A DNA stretch of 64,000 bases from Antedon mediterranea. Taxonomy: Eukaryota; Animalia; Echinodermata. The notes under the pieces were generated by a model that saw nothing but the letters and a program-made list of their open reading frames with translations, was not told the origin of the DNA and did not search any database. The translations under genes and the position numbers were made by a program. Positions 51,580 through 64,000 of the stretch are shown one piece after another. The DNA lies in NCBI RefSeq assembly GCF_964355755.1, contig NC_092677.1, positions 20,172,101-20,236,100 of the forward strand. The letters are read 5' to 3'. Each line of letters starts with the position of its first letter. The first letter of the stretch is position 1.

Positions 51580-53221
51580 CTGCGGGGGACCATAGGATTT
51601 TTTTTCGAAAATGGTAAAAAATTTCCATTGTTTAAAATTAAAAAATTATGCTATAATATTGCAATTTATGCAAATATATTGTGCTAACATCATCTTATAG
51701 AGCCATAGTAACTAGGTATGCCAAAAAATAAAAATTTTCCTGCGGGGGACCATAAGATTTTTTTTCTCGAAAAATGGCTAAAATTTACACTTTTTTAAAT
51801 TCGAAAATTATGGTATAATATTGCCATTTATGCAAATATATTGTGCTAACATCATCTTATACAGCCAGAGTAACTAGTTATGTCAAAAAATAAAACAGTC
51901 GAAATTTGGCTATTTTTCTAAAATTTTCCTGTGGGGGACCATAGGAATTTTTTCGAAAAAAAAAAATTCAATAATTAGACTATAATATTGCCATTTATGC
52001 ACATATGTTGTGTTAACATCATCTTATAGAGCCATAGTAACTAGTTATGTCAAAAAGAAAAGGTTTGAAATTTCGCCGTTTTTGCGAAAATTTCCCTGGG
52101 GGGACCAAAGGATTTTTTTCGAAAAATGAGTAAAATTTCCACTTTTTAAAATTCAAAAATTATACTATAATATTGCCATTTATGCACATATATTGTGCTG
52201 ACATCATCTTATAGAGCCATAGCAACTACTTATGTCAAAATATAAAAGGGTCGAAAATAGCAAAAATTTTACACTTTTTAAACTGAAATAATTATGCTAT
52301 AATTTTGCCATTTATGGACATATATTGTGTTAACATCATCTTATAGAGCCATCGTAACTAGTTATGTCAAAAAGTAAAAGGGTCAAAATTTTGCCAATTT
52401 TTTAAAATTTCCCTCTGGGGGACCATAGGATTTTTTTTCGAAATAGGGCCAAAATTTCAAATTTTTAAATTCTATAATTATGCTATAATATTGCCATTTA
52501 TGCAAATATATTGTGTTGAAATTTCGCCATTTTGGCGACAATTTCCCTGCGGGGGACCTAAGGATTTTTTTTCCAAAAATGGAAAAAATTTCCAATTTTT
52601 TAAATTCTAGAATTAGGCTATAGTATTGCCATTTATGCACATATATTGTGCTAACATCATCTTATAGAGCCAGAGCAACTACTTATGTCAACATATAAAA
52701 GGGTCGAAAAGTGGAAGCATTTTCCACTTTTTAAAATTAAATAATTATGCTATAATATTGCCATTTATACAGATATTTGGGGGGACCAAAGGATTTTTTT
52801 TTAAAAAATGGTAAAAATTTCCATTGTTTAAAATTCAAAAATTATGCTATAATATTGCCATTTATGCAAATATATTGTGCTAACATCATCTTATACAGCC
52901 AGAGTAACTAGTTATGTCAAAAAATAAAAGGGTCGAAATTTCGATTTTTTTCCAAAAAATCCTAATGTCCCCCGCAGGAAAATTTTTAGAAAAATGACCA
53001 AAATTTCCACCTTTTAAAATTCAATAATTTGACTATAATATTGCCATTTATGCACATATGTTGTGTAAACATCAACTTATAGTAACTAGTTATGTAAAAA
53101 AACAAGGCCAACAACAATAAGTTGCGTGCGCTCACAAATTTAGGGTCTAAATTTGGAAATTTTTTGAAAATTTCCTCGAGGGGGACCATAAGATTTTTTT
53201 TCGAAAAATGGCGAAAATTTA
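51580..53221 (+). repeat. Satellite B array, increasingly rearranged toward its right end
   Basis: Monomers with deletions, one inverted core (~52950-52990) and a ~45-bp foreign patch at ~53101-53145. Confidence 0.93.
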
Positions 53222-54764
53222 CTCTCTCTCGCTGATCTATCTCTCTCTCGCTGATCTATCTCTCTCTCGCTGATCTATCTCTCTATCGCTGATCTATCTC
53301 TCTCTCGCTAAGCTATCTCTCTCTCGCTGATCTATCTATCTCTCTCTCGCTGATCTATCTCTCTCTCGCTGATCTATCTCTCTCTCTCTCTCTCGCTGAT
53401 CCCTCTCTCTCTCTCTCTCGCTGATCTATCTCTCTCTCGCTGATCTATCTCTCTCTCTCGCTGATCTATCTCTCTCTCGCTGATCTATCTCTCTCTCGCT
53501 GATCTATCTCTCTCTCTCGCTGATCTATCTCTTTCTCGCTGATCTATCTCTCTCTCGCTGATCTATCTCTCTCTCTCTCGCTGATCTATCTCTCTCTCTC
53601 TCGCTGATCTATCTCTCTCTCTCGCTGATCTATCTCTCTCTCGCTGATCTATCTCTCTCTTGCTGATCTATCTATCTCTCTCTCGCTGATATATCTCTCT
53701 CTCTCGCTGATCTATCTATCTCTCTCTCGCTGATCTATCTCTCTCTCGCTGATCTATCTATCTCTCTCGCTGATCTATCTCTCTCTCGCTGATCTATCTA
53801 TCTCTCTCTCGCTGATCTATCTTTCTCGCTGATCTATCTATCTCTCTCTCGCTGATCTATCTATCTCTCTCTCGCTGATCTATCTATCTCTCTCTCTCTC
53901 GCTGATCTATCTCTCTCTCTCGCTGATCTATCTCTCTCTCGCTGATCTATCTATCTATCTCTCACTGATCTATCTATCTCTCTCTCGCTGATCTATCTAT
54001 CTCTCTCTCGCTGATCTCTCTATCTCTCTCTCGCTGATCTATCTCTCTCTATCGCTAATCTATATATCTCTCTCTCGCTGATCTATCTATCTCTCTCTCG
54101 CTGATCTATCTCTCTCTCTCTTATCTATCTATCTCTCTCGATGATCTATCTCTCTCTCGCTGATCTATCTATCTCTCTCTCGCTGATCTATCTCTCTCTC
54201 GCTGATCTATCTCTCTCTCTCTCTCTCGCTGATCTATCTATCTCTCTCTCGCTGATCTATCTATCTCTCTTTCACTGATCTATCTCTCTCTCGCTGATCT
54301 ATCTCTCTCTCGCTGATCTATCTATCTCTCTCTCGCTGATTTATCTATCTCTCTCTCGCTGATCTATCTCTCTCGCTGATGTATTTCTCTCTCTCGCTGA
54401 TCTATCTCTCTCTCTCGCTGATCTATCTCTCTCTCGCTGATCTATCTATCTCTCTCTCGCTGATCTATCTATCTCTCTCTCTCGCTGATCTATCTCTCTC
54501 TCTCACTGATCTTTCTCTCTCTCCCCGATCTATCTATCTCTCTCTCGCTGATCTATCTCTTTCTCGCTGATCTATCTATCTCTCCCTCGCTGATCTATCT
54601 ATCTCTCTCTCGCTGATCCATCTATCTCTCTCTCGCTGATCTATCTCTCTCTCGCTGATCTATCTCTCCTCGCTGATCAATCTCTCTCTCGATGATCTAT
54701 CTATCTCTCTCTCGCTGATCTATCGCTCTCTCTCTCGCTGATCTATATCTGTCTCTCTCGCTGA

Positions 54765-54803
<39 letters not shown>

Positions 54804-57150
54804 TCTATCTCTGTCTCTCTCGCTGATCTATCTCTGTCTCTCTCGCTGATCTATATATCTCTCTCTCTCGCTGATCTATCTCTCTCGCTCTCGCTGATCT
54901 ATCTCTCTCTCTCTCTCGCTGATCTATCTCACTCTCTCTCACACACACTGAACTATCTATCTTTCTCTATCGCTAATCTATACATCTCTCTCTCGCTGAT
55001 CTATCTATCTCTCTCTCGCTGATCTATCTCTCTCTCTCTCTCTCTCTCTGATCTATCTATCTCTCTCGATGATCTATCTCTCTCTCGCTGATCTATCTAT
55101 CTCTCTCTCGCTGATCTATCTCTCTCTCTCTCTCGCTGATCTATCTATCTCTCTCTCGCTGATCTATCTATCTCTCTTTCGCTGATCTATCTCTCTCTCG
55201 CTGATCTATCTCTCTCGCTGATCTATCTATCTCTCTCTCGCTGATTTATCTATCTCTCTCTCGCTGATCTATCTATCTCTCTCTCTCGCTGATCTATCTC
55301 TCTCTCTCACTCACTGATCTTTCTCTCTCTCACCGATCTATCTCTCTCTCTCTCGCTGATCTATCTCTCTCTCGCTGATGTATCTCTCTCTCTCGTTGAT
55401 CTATCTCTCTCTCTCTCTGATCTATCTCTCTCTCGCTGATCTATCTATCTCTCTCTCGCTGATCTATCTATCTCTCTCTCTCGCTGATCTATCTCTCTCT
55501 CTCACTGATCTTTCTCTCTCTCACCGATCTATCTATCTCTCTCTCGCTGATCTATCTCTCTCTCTCTCGCTGATCTATCTCTCTCTCTCTCTCGCTGATC
55601 TATCTCTCTCTCTCGCTGATCTATCTCTCTCTCGCTGATCTATCTCTCTCTTGCTGATCTATCTATCTCTCTCTCGCTGATATATCTCTCTCTCTCGCTG
55701 ATCTATCTATCTCTCTCTCGCTGATCTATCTCTCTCTCGCTGATCTATCTATCTCTCTCGCTGATCTATCTCTCTCTCGCTGATCTATCTATCTCTCTCT
55801 CGCTGATCTATCTCTCTCGCTGATCTATCTATCTCTCTCTCGCTGATCTATCTATCTCTCTCTCGCTGATCTATCTATCTCTCTCTCTCGCTGATCTATC
55901 TCTCTCTCTCGCTGATCTATCTCTCTCTCGCTGATCTATCTATCTCTCTCTCACTGATCTATCTATCTCTCTCTCGCTGATCTATCTATCTCTCTCTCGC
56001 TGATCTCTCTATCTCTCTCTCGCTGATCTATCTCTCTCTATCGCTAATCTATATATCTCTCTCTCGCTGATCTATCTATTTCTCTCTCGCTGATCTATCT
56101 CTCTCTCTCTGATCTATCTATCTCTCTCGATGATCTATCTCTCTCTCGCTGATCTATCTATCTCTCTCTCGCTGATCTATCTCTCTCTCGCTGATCTATA
56201 TCTCTCTCTCTCTCTCGCTGATCTATCTATCTCTCTCTCGCTGATCTATCTATCTCTCTTTCGCTGATCTATCTCTCTCTCGCTGATCTATCTCTCTCTC
56301 GCTGATCTATCTATCTCTCTCTCGCTGATTTATCTATCTCTCTCTCGCTGATCTATCTCTCTCGCTGATGTATCTCTCTCTCTCGCTGATCTATCTCTCT
56401 CTCTCGCTGATCTATCTCTCTCTCGCTGATCTATCTATCTCTCTCTCGCTGATCTATCTATCTCTCTCTCTCGCTGATCTATCTCTCTCTCACTGATCTT
56501 TCTCTCTCTCCCCGATCTATCTATCTCTCTCTCGCTGATCTATCTCTTTCTCGCTGATCTATCTATCTCTCTCTCGCTGATCTATCTATCTCTCTCTCGC
56601 TGATCCATCTATCTCTCTCTCGCTGATCTATCTCTCTCTCGCTGATCTATCTCTCCTCGCTGATCAATCTCTCTCTCGATGATCTATCTATCTCTCTCTC
56701 GCTGATCTATCGCTCTCTCTCTCGCTGATCTATATCTGTCTCTCTCGCTGATCTATCTCTCTCTCTCTCTCTCGCTGATCTATCTCTGTCTCTCTCGCTG
56801 ATCTATCTCTGTCTCTCTCGCTGATCTATATCTCTCTCTCTCTCGCTGATCTATCTCTCTCGCTCTCGCTGATCTATCTCTCTCTCTCTCTCGCTGATCT
56901 ATCTCACTCTCTCTCACACTGAACTATCTCTCTCTCTCTCTCTCGCTGATCTATCTCTCTTTCTCTCGCTGATCTGTCTCTCTCTCGCTGATCTGTCTCT
57001 CTGTCGCTGATCTGTCTCTCTCTCGCTGATCTGTCTCTCTCTCGCTGATCTGTTTCTCTCTCGCTGATCTGTCTCTCTCTCGCTGATCTGTCTCTCTCTC
57101 GCTGATCTATCTCTCTCTCGCTGATCTATCTCTCTCTCGCTGATCTATTT
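53222..57150. repeat. Compound CT minisatellite block 4
   Basis: Direct reading. Confidence 0.97.
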
Positions 57151-58569
57151 CTTCACACAAAAACATCAATGTGCACAAAAGAGCTTAATATGGTATTTAA
57201 TTTATTTAATATCGTATTTAAAAACGTTTTTAGACCATTTTGAGCATTTCGACAAACTTTTTCACAAAAAACATCAAAGTGTACAGAATAGCTTTAAATC
57301 GCATTTGGAGACGTTTTAGACCATTTTGTGGTTTTCGAAAAAACTTGTTAATACCAAAGAGTTAAGAATAGTTTCAAATCGCATTTGGAGACGTTTTAGA
57401 CCCTTTTGTCCATTTCGATGAAACTTGGTTACATAAAAACATCAAAGTGCTTAAAATCACATTATAAACCCGTTTATACGATTTTTGAGCATTTCGTTAA
57501 AACTTTTCACACAAAAACATCAAAGTGCACAAAATAGCTTAATATCGTATTTAAAAACGTTTCATACCATTTTGAGCATTTCGACAAAAAATTTTCAGAC
57601 AAAACATCATAGTGTACAAAATAGCTTCAAATCGCATTTGGAGACGTTTTCGAAAATTTTTGTGATTTTCGAAAAAACTTGTTACCATAAAAACACCAAA
57701 GTGCTAAGAATAGCTTCCAATCGCATTTGGAGACGTTTTAGACCATTTTGTGCATTTCGATGAAACTTGGTTACATAAAAACATCAAAGTGCTTAAAATC
57801 ACATTATAAACCCTTTTATACGATTTTTGAGCATTTCGTTAAAACTTTTCACACAAAAACATCAAAGTGCACAAAATAGCTTAATATCGTATTTAACAAC
57901 TTTTCAGACCATTTTGAGCATTTCGACGAAAAAATTTCAGACAAAACATCATAGTGTACAAAATAGCTTCAAATCGCATTTGGAGACGTTTTAGACAATT
58001 TTGTGATTTTCGAAAAAACTTGTTAACATAAAAATACCAAAGTGCTAAGAATAGCTTCCAATCGCATTTGGAGACGTTTTAGACCATTTTGTGATTTTCG
58101 ATGAAACTTTGTTACACAAAAACATCAAAGTGCTTAAAATCAAAATAGAAACCGTTTTAGACCATTTTGAGCATTTCGATAAAATTTTACACACAAAAAC
58201 ATCAAAGTGCACAAAATAGCTTAATATGGTATTTAAAAACGTTTTAGACCATTTTGAGCATTTCGAAAAAACTTTTTCACACAAACTTTAAATTGTACAC
58301 AATAGCTTCAAATCGCATTAGAAACCGTTTTAGACCATTTTGAGAATTTCGATAAAACTTTTCACACAAAAACATCAATGTGCACAAAAGAGCTTAATAT
58401 GGTATTGAAAAACGTTTTAGACCATTTTGAGCATTTCGACAAAACTTTTTCACACAAAACATCAAAGTTTACAGAATAGCTTCAAATCGCATTTGGAGAC
58501 GTTTTAGACCATTTTGTGATTTTCGAAAAAACTTGTTAACATAAAAACACCAAAGTGCTAAGAATAGCT
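57151..58569. repeat. Satellite A array
   Basis: Same ~88-bp monomer and orientation as 9680-11295. Confidence 0.95.
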
Positions 58570-58615
58570 ACAGTGTTAATATCATCTTATAGAGCCATAG
58601 TCAAAAATAAAAAGG

Positions 58616-59856
58616 TATGTATGTGCATAAATGGCAATATTACAGCATAATTTTTGAATTTTAAAAAGTGGAAATTTTGGCAATTTTTCGAAAAAATTCC
58701 TATGGTTCCAAACAGGAAAAATTTTCGCAAAAATGGCCAAATTTCAACCCTTTTATTTTTTGACATAACTAGTTACTATGGCTCTATAAGATGATGTTAA
58801 CACAATATATGTGCATAAATGGCAATATTATAGTCTATTTATTGAATTTTAAAAGGTGGAAAATTTGGTCATTTTTCGAAAAAATTCCTTTGGTCCCCAA
58901 CAGGAAAATTTTTCGAAAAATGGCCAAAATTTCGACCCTTTTATTTTTTTGACATAACTAGTTACTATGGCTCTATAAGATGATGTTAACACAATATATT
59001 TGCATAAATGGCAATATTATAGCATAATTATAGAATTTTAAAAATTAGAAATTTTGGCCCTTTTTCAAAAAAACTCCTATGGTCCTCCAGAGGGTAATTT
59101 TCGAAAATTGACAAAATTTTGACCCTTTTATTTTTTGACAAAACTAGTTACGATGGCTCTATAAGATTATGTTAACACAATATATGTCCATAAATGGCAA
59201 AATTATAGCATAATTATAGAATTTTAAAAAGTGGAGATTTTGGCAATTTTTCGAAAACATACCTATGGTCCCCAGCAGGGAAATTTTCGAAAAATGGCCA
59301 AATTTTGATCCTTTTATTTTTTGACATAACTAGTTACTATGGCTCTATAAGATGATGTTAGCACAATATATTTGCATAAATGGCAATATTATAGCATAAT
59401 TTTTGAATTTTAAAAATCGGAAATTTTTGCCATTTTTCGAAAAAAATTCCTGTGGTCCCCAGCAGGGAATTTTTCCAAAAATGGCCAAATAATGATCCTT
59501 TTATTTTTCACATAACTAGTTACTATGGCTCTATAAGATGATGTTAGCAGAATATATTTACATAAATGGCAATATTATAGCATAATTTTTTAATTTTAAA
59601 CAATGGAAATTTTGACCATTTAAAAAAAAAAATCCTATGGTCCCCCGCAGGGAAATTTTTCGAAAAATTGCCAAATTTCAAGCCTTTTATTTCTTGATAT
59701 AACTAGTTACTATGGCTCTTATAAGATGATGGTAACACAATATATGCGCATAAATGGCAATATTATAGCCTAATTATAGAATTTTAAAAATTGGAAATTT
59801 TTGCCATTTTTCGAAAAAAAATCCTATGTTCCCCCGCAGAGAAATTTTCGCAAAAA
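58616..59856 (-). repeat. Satellite B array in inverted orientation
   Basis: gacataactagttactatggctctataagatgatgtta is the reverse complement of the forward monomer. Confidence 0.95.
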
Positions 59857-60207
59857 TATATTGTGCTAACATCATCTTATACAGCCAGAGTAACTAGTTA
59901 TGTCAAAAAATAAAAGGGTCGAAATTTCGATTTTTTTCCAAAAAATCCTAATGTTCCCCGCAGGAAAATTTTTAGAAAAATGACCAAAATTTCCAGCTTT
60001 TAAAATTCAATAATTTGACTATAATATTGCCATTTATGCACATATGTTGTGTAAACATCAACTTATAGTAACTAGTTATGTAAAAAAACAAGGCCAACAA
60101 CAATAAGTTGCGTGCGCTCACAAATTTAGGGTCTAAATTTGGAAATTTTTCGAAAATTTCCTCGAGGGGGACAATAAGATTTTTTTTCGAAAAATGGCGA
60201 AAATTTA
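59857..60207 (+). repeat. Satellite B forward block, duplicate of ~52870-53221
   Basis: Shares the inverted core and the aacaaggccaacaacaataagttgcgtgcgctcac patch (offset 6986 bp). Confidence 0.93.
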
Positions 60208-63457
<3,250 letters not shown>

Positions 63458-64000
63458 CTTCACACAAAAACATCAATGTGCACAAAAGAGCTTAATATGG
63501 TATTTAATAGCTTAATATCGTATTTAAAAACGTTTTTAGACCATTTTGAGCATTTCGACAAACTTTTTCACAAAAAACATCAAAGTGTACAGAATAGCTT
63601 TAAATCGCATTTGGAGACGTTTTAGACCATTTTGTGGTTTTCGAAAAAACTTGTTAATACCAAAGAGTTAAGAATAGCTTCAAATCGCATTTGGAGACGT
63701 TTTAGACCCTTTTGTCCATTTCGATGAAACTTGGTTACATAAAAACATCAAAGTGCTTAAAATCACATTATAAACCCGTTTATACGATTTTTGAGCATTT
63801 CGTTAAAACTTTTCACACAAAAACATCAAAGTGCACAAAATAGCTTAATATCGTATTTAAAAACGTTTCATACCATTTTGAGCATTTCGACAAAAAATTT
63901 TCAGACAAAACATCATAGTGTACAAAATAGCTTCAAATCGCATTTGGAGACGTTTTAGAAAATTTTGTGATTTTCGAAAAAACTTGTTAACATAAAAACA
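63458..64000. repeat. Satellite A array (duplicate of 57151 onward), runs off the window
   Basis: Identical junction tctatttcttcacacaaaaacatcaatgtgc. Confidence 0.95.

Noticed and set aside
54379-55638. Leu/Ser-rich ORFs in the CT array, and ORFs in satellites (10153, 52383, 52986, 57485, 58045)
   Set aside because: Translations of tandem repeats.

Overview
AT-rich eukaryotic (animal-like, probably invertebrate) heterochromatic window. About 1-8.4 kb is a decayed Maverick/Polinton (adintovirus-like) remnant. It holds an integrase N-terminal pseudogene, an intact acidic ORF with two SUMO-interacting motifs, and a two-exon Bcl-2-family gene that the ORF track misses (3651-4007 + 4131-4244). 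Much of this is folded into a near-perfect inverted duplication (arms 1-2234 and 3753-5986, probably extending left of the window). A truncated DIRS/Ngaro-type tyrosine-recombinase retrotransposon follows (about 8430-9680). The remaining ~54 kb is a mosaic of three tandem repeat families: an ~88-bp satellite (A), a very long CGCTGATCTAT(CTAT)n(CT)n compound minisatellite, and an ~186-bp satellite (B) with an internal hairpin. Satellite B is interrupted by a 5'-truncated Tx1/L1-clade LINE with poly(A) and TSD, and by a ~720-bp MITE with ~105-bp TIRs. All family assignments come from motif recognition by eye; no database search was run.
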